A DNA stretch of 32,009 nt, from the NCBI RefSeq assembly GCF_001194135.2, contig NC_069002.1:26634488-26666496 (forward strand), read 5' to 3'. The notes below the pieces were generated by a model. That model had not been told where the DNA came from. It saw only the letters and a program-made list of their open reading frames with translations, and did no database searches. The DNA comes from Octopus bimaculoides (Eukaryota). Positions 1 to 10,354 of this stretch are shown here, piece after piece. Both the position numbers and the translations under genes were made by a program. Each line of letters starts with the position of its first letter. Within the stretch, counting starts at the first letter, position 1.

Positions 1-15
1 ATATATATATATATA

Positions 16-252
16 TATAGTAGAAGACGCTTGCGCAAGGTGCCATGCAGTGGGACTGAACCCGGAACCATGTGATTGGGAAACAAGCTTCTTACCACAC
101 AGCCACTCCTGCATCTATTAAATATATACAACGGACTTTGGTTGGCCCGAGGCTATAGTAGAAGACACTAGCCCAACATGCCACGCTGTGGGACTGAACC
201 CAGAACCATGTGGTTGGTAAGCAAGCTACTTTACCACACAGCCACTCCTGCT
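16..252 (-). mobile_element. Two family A tRNA-head SINE fragments (16-112 and 131-252)
   Basis: TAGTAGAAGAC.CT..C.CAA..TGCCA.GC.GTGGGACTGAACCC.GAACCATGTG...CTTACCACACAGCC. The reverse complement gives a tRNA-like head with a GGTTCAGTCCC B box. Confidence 0.8.
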
Positions 253-1892
253 CCACATATATACAGCCACTCCTCAGCATCCTCATCATCATCATTTAAC
301 GTCCACCTTCCATGCTGGCATGGGTTGGACGGTTTGACTGGAGCTGCCTGGGTAGGACGCTCCACCAAGCTACTGTGTCTGTTTTGGCATAGGTTTTACA
401 GCTGCATGGCCTTCCTTAAACCAACCACCCTGCAGAGTGGACCGAGTGCTTGCTTCTTATACTTGTATAAATATATTTATTATGAACGTATGCATTGGTA
501 TGTAGCAAGTAATTTCACCATATACAAATGAAATGTAAACTATTAAATGTGTGATACTTCAGGCAAACCAGATTAATTGTAGGAACAGAACTATTAATAA
601 TAATAATGATAATAACAATAACAACAATAATAATGATAATAACAACAACAATAATAATAATGATAATAATGATAAATAGCTATAACTAATAATAGATACT
701 ATACATTTGTTACATATCTCAGTGATTAGCTGCAGTCGCAATATAATTAACTGGAAATTAACTGCTGTAAAACAGAAAACGAACTAAAGTTAGAATAGGT
801 TTCAGAATACACTATCTTAAATCTGATTTAGAAAGGCTATATACATGCTTATGTATATATACATATACACCTAGCAGTATATAAATATACATTCACATGT
901 ACATACACATAGACACACACACAAACACGTCTACACACTTACACACCTAAATATTCATATACATACATAAGTACATAGATACATACATACATATATATAT
1001 GCATATAGGCATGCATACGCATGTACACATATGCACATACTTAAATGCAAACATACACATACATGCATACATACATATATACATACATATCATGAACTAA
1101 CTGTTACTTTCTCAGATGCAGCACGGAATTTTGTCTGTGAACAGGTCACAGTTTCAAAGCGATGAAAATATTTTGACAAATTAAATTTAAATGTTGAAGT
1201 GAATCTAACGANNNNNNNNNNNNNNNNNNNNNNNNNNNNNNNNNNNNNNNNNNNNNNNNNNNNNNNNNNNNNNNNNNNNNNNNNNNNNNNNNNNNNNNNN
1301 NNNNNNNNNNNNNNNNNNNNNNNNNNNNNNNNNNNNNNNNNNNNNNNNNNNNNNNNNNNNNNNNNNNNNNNNNNNNNNNNNNNNNNNNNNNNNNNNNNNN
1401 NNNNNNNNNNNNNNNNNNNNNNNNNNNNNNNNNNNNNNNNNNNNNNNNNNNNNNNNNNNNNNNNNNNNNNNNNNNNNNNNNNNNNNNNNNNNNNNNNNNN
1501 NNNNNNNNNNNNNNNNNNNNNNNNNNNNNNNNNNNNNNNNNNNNNNNNNNNNNNNNNNNNNNNNNNNNNNNNNNNNNNNNNNNNNNNNNNNNNNNNNNNN
1601 NNNNNNNNNNNNNNNNNNNNNNNNNNNNNNNNNNNNNNNNNNNNNNNNNNNNNNNNNNNNNNNNNNNNNNNNNNNNNNNNNNNNNNNNNNNNNNNNNNNN
1701 NNNNNNNNNNNNNNNNNNNNNNNNNNNNNNNNNNNNNNNNNNNNNNNNNNNNNNNNNNNNNNNNNNNNNNNNNNNNNNNNNNNNNNNNNNNNNNNNNNNN
1801 NNNNNNNNNNNNNNNNNNNNNNNNNNNNNNNNNNNNNNNNNNNNNNNNNNNNNNNNNNNNNNNNNNNNNNNNNNNNNNNNNNNNNNNNNNNN

Positions 1893-2349
1893 GGCCAATC
1901 AGGAGGTACTGGCAACAATCTCGCTCGAATATATATATATATCATCATCATCATTTAACGTCCGCTTTCCATGCTAGCTTGGGTTGGACGATTTGACTGA
2001 GGACTGGTGAACCAGATGGCTACACCAGGCTCCAATCTGATTTGGCAGAGTTTCTACAGCTGGATGCCCTTCCTAACGCCAACCACTCAGAGAGTGTAGT
2101 GGGTGCTTTTACGTGCCACCGGCACGAAGGCCAATCAGGAGGTACTGGCAACAATCTCGCTCGAATATATATATATATCATCATCATCATCATCATCATC
2201 ATCGTTTAACATCCGCTTTCCATGCTAGCATGGGTTGGACGATTTGACTGAGGACTGGTGAACCAGATGGCTACACCAAGCCCCAATCTGATTTGGCAGA
2301 GTTTCTACAGCTGGATGCCCTTCCTAACGCCAACCACTCAGAGAGTGTA
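1893..2349 (-). mobile_element. Tandem pair of family B SINE-like elements (unit ~236 bp)
   Basis: 1893-2128 is repeated almost exactly at 2129-2349. Related copies are at 283-440 (-), ~17190-17345 (-) and 24358-24581 (+). Confidence 0.8.
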
Positions 2350-2608
2350 TATATATATATATGTCTATGTTCCCCATAACGTAGCAGTTCTGCCAACGAG
2401 GCCAAAAGAACAAGTACCAAGCTTTAAAAAAGATTAGTACTTGAGTTGATTCATTCGATTAAAATTCAAGACGGTGCCCCAGCATGGCTACAGTGTAATG
2501 AACTAAGCAAGTAAAAGATGAAAGATGAAAATAAAAGGTCGATCAAAATAGAAGGAGAACAGAACAGTTGTGGAGAACGTAATGACTGTTTGACATTATA
2601 ATTTGGAG

Positions 2609-2993
2609 ATGTGTCGGCACTCCATCGCTTATGACGTCGAGGGTTCCAGTTGATCCGATCAACTGAACAGCCTGCTCGTGAAATTAACATGCAAGTGGCT
2701 GAGCACTCCACAGACACGTGTACCCTTAACGTAGTTCTCGGGGATATTCAGCATGACACAGTGTGACAAGGCTGACCGTTTGAATTACAGGCACAACAAA
2801 AACAGGAAGAAAGAGTGAGAGAAAGTTGTGGTGGAAGAGTACAGCAGGGTTCGCCACCATCCCCTGCCGGAGCCTTGTGGAGCTTTAGGTGTTTTTGCTC
2901 AATAAACACTCACAACGCCCGATCTGGGAATCGAAACCACGATCTTATGACCGCGAATCCACTGCCCTAGCCACTGGGCCATTGCGCCTCCAC
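2609..2993 (-). mobile_element. Full-length tRNA-derived SINE (family D) with an 11-bp TSD
   Basis: The - strand starts GGAGGCGCAATGGCCCAGTGGCTAGG (A box) and later has GGTTTCGATTCCC (B box). TSD ATAATTTGGAG at 2598-2608 and 2994-3004. Confidence 0.85.
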
Positions 2994-3031
2994 ATAATTT
3001 GGAGTATACCTGAAGATTAGTCAATACTTAC

Positions 3032-3070
3032 CTCGAAAGGAATTTACGTAAGATCTCCGTCATCATCCAT
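3032..3070 (-). other. Candidate 39-nt micro-exon
   Basis: Acceptor CTCTCTTATACATTCTTCTGGGTGTAG| and consensus donor GAG|GTAAGT on the - strand. One frame is open (WMMTEILRKFLS). Confidence 0.3.
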
Positions 3071-3109
3071 CTACACCCAGAAGAATGTATAAGAGAGACA
3101 GACAACAAT

Positions 3110-3540
3110 AATTATTTTAGGCACAAAGCCTGAAATTTGTGGGGAATGGGCTAGTTGATTACATTTACCCCCAATGCTCATCCAGTATTTATTTCATCAA
3201 CCCCAGTATTCAACTGGTATTTACTTCACTGACCCCAAAAGAACAAAAAGCAGCATCGACTCCAATGGAATTTGAGCTCAGAGCACAAAGACAGATGGAA
3301 TGCTGCTAAGCATTTTACCCAGTATGCTCACAATTCTGCCATCTAGCTACCTTAACAATAATAATAATAATAATACTTTCTATTATAGGCAGAAGGTTTG
3401 AAAGTTTGAGGAAAGGGCTAGTTGATTACATCAACCCCCAGCATTCAACTGGTACTTATTTCATCAACCGAGAAGAGATGAAAGGCAAAGTTGACCTCAG
3501 TGAAATTTGATCTCAAAACATAAATGACTAAAACAAGTAA
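3110..3540 (-). mobile_element. Two family C SINE copies (~3110-3350 and ~3385-3540)
   Basis: Contains (A)GGCACAAAGCCTGAAATTT, ATCAACCCCAG..CAACTGGTA(C/T)TTATTT and GAAAGGCAAAGTTGACCTC, the reverse complement of the family C core. Confidence 0.75.
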
Positions 3541-3917
3541 ATGAGTAAAAGAACAAAAAGAATAATATACACACAATGGGCTTCCATACTGTGGGACTGA
3601 ACCTAAAACCATGTGATTGCAAAGGGGCCTTCTTAACCCCTCAGCTACTTCTGCACCTGCATTTAACATTATTATTGAACCCCCTCCCCCGTCATCTTCC
3701 CAGGACTGCTAATTACTTAGATTTTAACGATTGGGAAGATAAAGTAAAAAAAATTTTTTAATTATGGAAATATCTTCTTCGTTGCTATAGCAATGGTTGT
3801 TTGTTATCAATGAAAAAGAATTAATTAACAAGGAATGAAAAAAACGCATCAGTTAGATTAATACACTAATAGGCTTTTAACAAGACAAATATACTAACGG
3901 ACTTCTTCCAGTTCCAT

Positions 3918-4114
3918 TCAGCAGATGTTAAGCAGATTGATTCTTTGTGAGTTTCTGATGAGGAGTCTTCGGTTGTGTTCAATCGATGGGATTTCTATTT
4001 GTGAAGGTAATGTCTGTGTGGTGGAGTGTTCTGCAGACAGGTGTGAAGTGAACCTGTTATTGTGACAGGTTTCAGGTTGAATCAGGTGTGACATTGCGTG
4101 GGATGAGGTTGGAC
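3918..4114 (-). CDS. Candidate last coding exon of a - strand transcript (PTSSHAMSHLIQPETCHNNRFTSHLSAEHSTTQTLPSQIEIPSIEHNRRLLIRNSQRINLLNIC*)
   Basis: Acceptor ...CCTGTAATTCCCAG|GT follows a long (TC)n tract (+ strand (AG)n at ~4137-4290). The frame is open for 64 codons, then TGA. A possible donor GTTAGT follows position 3899. Confidence 0.3.
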
Positions 4115-4319
4115 CTGGGAATTACAGGTACAGCCCAGAGAGAGAGAGAGAGAGAGAAAGAGTAAGAAAGAAAGAAAGACAGAGAGAAAGAGACAGAAAG
4201 AAAGAGCATGAGAGAAGAAGAGAGAAAAGCTAGAGAAAGAGAGATGGAATGTGAGAGAGAAAGAGCATGAGAGAGAAAGAGGAGGAAGAAGAAAATAATT
4301 TTAAAAAACTGATTTCTGA

Positions 4320-4863
4320 TTTAGGTAGACGGCCAGCTCTTTTGAGGGGAGAGGCTTAGCCAATGTTATCGACTGCAATATTTGAGTGATATTTTTATTC
4401 AAACCTCGCTACCTTAGTAACCATGATAATGATAATCCCTAGAGGGACCTAATCAGTTTCATTGACCTCCCAGTGCTTGAGTGGTCCTTTATTTTTATTA
4501 GCCCTGGAATGATAAAAGGCAGGGTGGACAACAGTGGGACTTGATCTCAGAATGTGAAGACGGAGAAAATACCACCTGGCATTTTGTGCTGCCTGTTAGC
4601 AATTCTGCCTGCTTAGTGCCTTACCAATAATAATAATAATCCTTTCTAATATAGGCTCAAGGCCTGAAATTTGGAGACTAATTGATTACATCGACCCCAG
4701 TGCTAAACTGGTACTTATTTCATCGACCCCCAAAAGGATGAAAGACAAAGTCAACCTTGGCGAAATTTGAACTCAGAATGTAGCGATGGGCAAAATACCA
4801 CTAAACATTTCACTCAGCGTGCATACAATTCTGCCAGATCACTGCCTTAACATGAACAACAGC

Positions 4864-4896
<33 letters not shown>

Positions 4897-5225
4897 AATA
4901 ATAATAATAATCCTTTCTACTATAGGCACAAGGCCTGAAATTTTGGGGGAGGGGGCCAGTCGATTAGATCGACTCCAGTACACAACTGGTACTTAATTCT
5001 GCCAGATCACCACCTTAACAGCAACAATAATAATGATAATAATGATGATGATTTCAAATTTTGGCACAAGGCCAGCGGGGAGGGGTAAGTTGAACATATT
5101 GACCTCAGTATTCGACTGGTATTTATTTTATGGACCCCTGGGAGGATGAAAGGCAAAGTTGACCCTGGCAGAATTTTGAACTCAGAATGTGAAGACAGGC
5201 AAAATGGCGCTAAGCATTTGAAGAA
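4320..5225 (-). mobile_element. Cluster of 4-5 family C SINE copies and fragments interspersed with (AAC)n/(AAT)n tails
   Basis: Repeated TATAGGC(A/T)CAAGGCCTGAAATT, CGACCCCAG and GATGAAAG(G/A)CAAAGT motifs. Confidence 0.75.
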
Positions 5226-5305
5226 TAATAAATTAGATAATAATAATTACTTCAAATTATAGCACAAGGCCAAGAGAAGAAGTAAGTTAATTACACTAAC
5301 CCTAC

Positions 5306-5487
5306 AAGGCGGCGAGCTGGCAGAATCGTTAACACTCTGGGCGAAATGCTTAGCAGTATTTCATCTGTCTCTATGTTCTGAGTTCAAACTCTGCCGAGGT
5401 AGACTTTGCCTTTCATCCTTTCGGGGTCGATCTAATCGACTGGCCCCTTCCCCAAAATTTTTGGGCTTTGTGCCTAGAGTAGAAAAG
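5306..5487 (+). mobile_element. Family C SINE nested in an oppositely oriented family C copy, with a 17-bp TSD
   Basis: TSD AATTACACTAACCCTAC at 5289-5305 and 5488-5504. The host SINE resumes afterwards (TGTTCAACTGGTACT). Confidence 0.85.
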
Positions 5488-7267
5488 AATTACACTAACC
5501 CTACTGTTCAACTGGTACTGATTTTATCGACCTTGAAATGTTACAGATTGTTAGGGCCTATAATGTTATATGCTATAGACTGACCCTTGGCTAAGATGCT
5601 GTATAGTGGAACTGAACCTGAAATCACATGGTTTGGAAGCAGACTTCTTAACCACACAGTCATGCCTCCATCTTTTGTAAATGTAAATATAACAAATGCT
5701 GTTATATGTAAATAAAACAGACCATGGTATATCTGTTCCTTTTCTTTTGGCATCAACTCCCTGGTAAATAAATAGTTTGACTAATGAATGAATTCAGTTT
5801 CATAATAAAAACATATTCATAAGGTATTGAACTTGTCATTCTAGGTTTAAAAAGAAACAAAGTTTCTCTCAGAAATTCAATGGAAGTTCTAATTTGGGGT
5901 TTTTTTTTTCTTTTGTTTTTGTTTTTCTTTCCTCCTGTCGGTGCCATTTTCCAAGCAAAAGTCTAGTTTTCCATTACATTGTTATTAGCTGAGACTTGCG
6001 TAGACAGGAGTTTTGTCTGTTGGCTTAAATAGTCGTTGCAATCACCAGTCTCTATATCCAGGTGAATCCTTTGTTGGAAATGTCATCCTATTATTCTAAC
6101 ATCATTCTTTCGCAAGACAGTATAAGCCACCTACAGAAAGAACACAGAACTATTTATCTATTCTCTGTTCTAGTCTGTGCTTGTTTCAGAAAGGGGTCTT
6201 AGCGACTTTTTTTTCAAAGTATTTTTCTCATAACTTTAAAATAACATCATTATTGAATTTGTCTGTTTTGTTAATCTATTTTTTAATGACTCTTTTCTCT
6301 CTGTTTTCTTTCCCCACCTTTTTTTTTTGTCTCTGCTTAAACATTTTCTTAACAAAACCTTTTCAAGTTTGTTTTTCAAAAGATTAATTTTAAAAAAATA
6401 AAGCAGATAATGATGATAATAATAACGATAAAGAAAAATTTGAAGAAAAATTTTGAATATTTTTGTCTTTGTGTTGTTCAGTGAATGAATGTTCACTGTT
6501 CCGTCTCAACTACAATACAGCTTTTGTTATAACATCACAATTTAGACAGATATCTTCTGGAGTTTCTTTTTTAAACAATGTCAGTTGTGTCTTCTCAAAC
6601 GTTGCTGATTAGTTAAAAAGTCAAGATAAATGTATTTCCTTATTCCCCCCCACAACTCTTCATCCTTATTGGTTCATTTTACTGATTTTCCAAAAATACT
6701 TTTTGCTTTTTTATTTCATAATTTCTTCTGATAAGATAAAGACCAACTCATTGTTGAAATCAAACAGGTCACTGCTCTATTTCACCCAATCCCACCATCA
6801 CCTATCAAATATTATAATGCAAAAAATCAAAAAAAAAAAAGAGAAAAGTGTGTTTATGTGTATAATTGGGTTGGCCAAAATGTCTGTTAGGTTTTTTAAA
6901 GTGAAAATATGACACAAGTTTTAAAAACAAAATGATTTATTCAATCAATGTGATTACTGATTTCATCAATTCATTCCAGTATCTTCTGCCATCTTTAGTG
7001 TCAACAAAAACCAAACAGATTTTTTTAACCAACCCAATGTGTGTGTGAAAGAGAGAGACTCTATTATCATTTGACTCTCTGAGAAAATTGCATAAGCACT
7101 AACTTCTTTGCATGACTCACTACTTGAAAAAGAGATTAATATCACCACATCACTATAAACTATTATTGATGCTGATACAAACCAGCTCTAGTTTTCTTTG
7201 GACCTAAATTGTTACACAAGAAATGTCATTTTGTTTTTTAAATTCATGATGAATAAATACATATGTA

Positions 7268-7485
7268 CTGTAATCCCTCGCCATATCACAGTTCACCTAA
7301 CGCGGTTTATTATTTAAGCTTGCATTGACTCCTCCGGGGTGTTGTTTTGCATTTATAATAAAATAAATATATACAAATTATAAAGATAATAAATAAAAAT
7401 ATACAGTACTGTTTCTACTTTGCGGATTTTCACCTACCACAGGGGGTTTGGGAACATAACACCCATGATAGTCAAGGGATTACTG
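7268..7485. mobile_element. Tigger/pogo-like MITE
   Basis: TA-flanked imperfect TIRs: CTGTAATCCCTCG on the left; CAAGGGATTACTG on the right (reverse complement CAGTAATCCCTTG). Confidence 0.65.
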
Positions 7486-7634
7486 TAAATACATATTTTT
7501 CACACTCAATTTATATGAAGCTATTGTTATGGGCTGTTTATAAGTTTCAAATGGCAATAGTACCTACCTGAGAACTTTGATGAATTTTCAGGTATCCATT
7601 TAACTTTTTTATTACAATATTTGTCTTGAAATAT

Positions 7635-7866
7635 AAGGCAACGAGCTAGCAGAATCATTAGTACACTGGGCGAAATGCTTAGTGGTATTTCATCTACCGT
7701 TATGTTCTGAGTTCCAATTGCGCCAAGGTCAACTTTGCCTTTCATCCTTTCAGGGTCGATTAAATAAATACCAGTTATGGACTGGGGTCGATGTAATTGA
7801 CTTAATCCCTTAGTCTGTCCCTGTTTGTCCCCACTATGTTTAGCCCCTGTAGGCAATAAAGAAATA
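7635..7866 (+). mobile_element. tRNA-derived SINE (family C, Deu/Nin-like core) with a 19-bp TSD
   Basis: TSD AATATTTGTCTTGAAATAT at 7616-7634 and 7867-7885. The core GCCTTTCATCCTTTCAGGGTCGATTAAATAAATACCAG resembles the Deu/Nin domain as recalled. Confidence 0.85.
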
Positions 7867-7884
7867 AATATTTGTCTTGAAATA

Positions 7885-8472
7885 TGCTGAGTTTATTTCA
7901 AGTAAATTTGAGAATAATAAAGAATTTATTAGAATATTTATGTCATTATTAAACTGGTGTTTGGAACTGTAAATTAACATAGAATTTTGATTGAAGGTTT
8001 TCATTTAGACCATTTTAACCTTTTTGGTACCATATTTCTAATGAAATGCACAGCGTTTTTTGAATTAGTTTTGAAAATAACTAAGATTTTAGTGAAATAA
8101 TTGTCGTTATTAACTAGTGTTTGGAACAAATTAACATGAAATTTTGATGGACGGTTTTAATTTAGATTGTTTTAAAACAAGGAATTTGATTCATAGAATC
8201 TGAGGAAGTCTTAGACAAATTCATATCGAAAGGATTAAGCCTTTTGTTTTGTTTCTTGGGGTTTTTTTAAATACACTGCATTTGTTTCGATTAATTTTGA
8301 AAATAATGAAGAATTTAGAAAAATAACTTTGCCATTATTATCATGAAACTAGTGTTTGGAACATAAGATGACATGAATTTTTGATGGAAGGTTTTAATTC
8401 GGATCTCTGTAAAACAAGTTTGTATCATTGAACCAGAATTGGTCTCAGGTGTGCTCATATCAAAAGGATTAA
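7885..8472. mobile_element. Head-to-tail chain of TTAA-bounded piggyBac-like MITEs (partial 7885-8015; copies at 8015-8238 and 8235-8472)
   Basis: The core ...AACT(G/A)GTGTTTGGAAC...AATTTTGAT(G/T)GA(A/C)GGTTTT... occurs three times. Ends are TTAACCTTTT and AAAGGATTAA, with a shared TTAA at 8235-8238. Confidence 0.65.
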
Positions 8473-8509
8473 ATTGAACTTCATGCTGCTCAAGCTACTG
8501 TCAGCATCA

Positions 8510-8790
8510 TCAGCATTTTATTTGTCACACATGATCATGTGACTAACCAGGCTATCAAATGCTGTTACACATCGCTGGTCACAATGCGCTTTTGCATTGT
8601 TTTAGCCTTCAGATGACACCACCCCACTGGCTAGGCTTACAGGACAACATTCTCCCCTGATCGAAGGGGGACTGGAGCAATGTGAAATGAAGTGTTTCTT
8701 CTCAAGAACACAGCATGCTGCCAAGTCAGGGAATCGAACCCATGATCTGGCAATTATGAGTGCAACAGCCTAACCACTCGGCCACACATC
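8510..8790 (-). mobile_element. Further tRNA-derived SINE, degenerate
   Basis: Ends in GGGAATCGAACCCATGATC...AGCCTAACCACTCGGCCAC (reverse complement of a tRNA-like head) and has the core GAAGTGTTTCTTCTCAAGAACACA. Confidence 0.6.
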
Positions 8791-8812
8791 TCTACTTTTC
8801 ATTTGTAGAGAA

Positions 8813-9156
8813 CAATTGTTGTTGTTGGCACTCCGTCGCTTACGACGTCGAGGGTTCCAGTTGATCCGATCAACGGAACAGCCTGCTCGTGAAATTAACG
8901 TGCAAGTGGCTGAGCACTCCACAGACACGTGTACCCTTAACATAGTTCTCGGGGAGATTCAGCATGACACAGTGTGACAAGGCTGACAATTACAGGCACA
9001 ACAGAAACAGGAAGTAAGAGTGAGAGAAAGTTGTGGTGAAAGAGTACAGCAGGGTTCGCCACCATCCCCTGCCGGAGCCTCGTGGAGCTTTAGGTGTTTT
9101 CGCTCAATAAACACAAACAATGCCCGGTGTGGGAATCGAAACCGCGATCCTATGAC
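8813..9156 (-). mobile_element. SINE family D, second copy, head truncated by a gap
   Basis: Near-identical to 2612-2950, with a (TTG)n tail. Confidence 0.85.
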
Positions 9157-9431
9157 NNNNNNNNNNNNNNNNNNNNNNNNNNNNNNNNNNNNNNNNNNNN
9201 NNNNNNNNNNNNNNNNNNNNNNNNNNNNNNNNNNNNNNNNNNNNNNNNNNNNNNNNNNNNNNNNNNNNNNNNNNNNNNNNNNNNNNNNNNNNNNNNNNNN
9301 NNNNNNNNNNNNNNNNNNNNNNNNNNNNNNNNNNNNNNNNNNNNNNNNNNNNNNNNNNNNNNNNNNNNNNNNNNNNNNNNNNNNNNNNNNNNNNNNNNNN
9401 NNNNNNNNNNNNNNNNNNNNNNNNNNNNNNN

Positions 9432-9693
9432 GACCTCCTAATATGCTGTAAAACCCTTTTTGGGGTCCGAAAAACGGGGTGGGGTGAAGTGGAAGCCTCG
9501 GAAATTTCACCCCCACCTCACCCCCATTGATCTTTTCACCAGCACAATTTTCAAAAAGGGGAAAAAAAAAAGATCAGATTTTTTTTTTCCTTAGTGAAAA
9601 TTGTGCCGGTGAAAAGATCAATGGGGGGTGAAATTTCCGAGGCTTTCACCCCATTTTTCAGACCCCAAAAAGGGTTTTGCAGCATATTAGGTC
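9432..9693. mobile_element. Foldback / long-TIR MITE-like palindrome
   Basis: ~9432-9553 is the reverse complement of ~9594-9693 apart from small indels, and the centre is also near-palindromic. The left end abuts an N-gap. Confidence 0.8.
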
Positions 9694-9981
9694 ACAGTAA
9701 TTCATTCAACAAGAAAAAAACCCCAAAAAAAGAATGATTCCAGGACAGGGGGTTCCCCCCTCGCCGCCCTATTTTTTCCGAACAGAAGTAAGGGATTTGC
9801 AGCATATTAGGGTACTTGATTCCACACAAAAAATCCGATTTTCTTTTTTCTTAGTGAAAATCATGCGAGCGTTACTCGAAAAGTTTGCCTTTTTTTCTAC
9901 CCAAAAGGGTTTTTCAAACCAATGTCTACATGCTTTGTATGTACTTGAAGAACCAATTCCCCAAAAAGAATTTAGTTCTGT

Positions 9982-10214
9982 TTAACATTTTCGATACCAA
10001 CCTGCCTGACACCATCCTTGATTCCAGGATACAAACCATCTGTGTTGAAATGATCTAAATTAAACCCCTTTCATGTTAATCCCTTCCAAACACCAGATTA
10101 ATAACAACAAAGTTATTTTACTAAATTCTTCATTATTTTCAAAATTATGTATTCCTCATTATTTTGAAAATTATGCTGTGTATTTCTACAGAAATATGGT
10201 AATATAAGAGTTAA
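9982..10214. mobile_element. Inverted copy of the same TTAA-bounded MITE family
   Basis: Reverse-complement similarity to 8015-8472 (TTCCAAACACCAG, TTCTTCATTATTTTCAAAA), with TTAA at both ends. Confidence 0.6.
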
Positions 10215-10354
10215 ATATTAGACAAGACAAAATATTGAAAAACAACTGGTTAGCCTCTTTTATTAATCACATTTGCATCTCACTAAATTATGAATAACAT
10301 TGTTTTGCAAAACAGACATATATTTCTACAGACTTTCTGAAACATGAAATTAGA

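Noticed and set aside
92-531. ORFs of 60-130 aa over SINE copies (also 2020-2717, 7527-7856, 9020-9451, 11278-11872, 17016-17360, 18746-19009, 22182-22534, 29303-29823)
   Set aside because: The same text recurs many times in the window as SINE sequence.
1116-1211. Strong + strand acceptor (CTAAC...CTTTCTCAG|) at 1116
   Set aside because: All three frames stop within about 25 codons and there is no good donor before the gap.
2920-2993. tRNA-like sequence (also the heads of family A and C SINEs)
   Set aside because: It has A and B boxes but continues into a SINE body with a TSD and lacks a complete cloverleaf, so it is not a tRNA gene.
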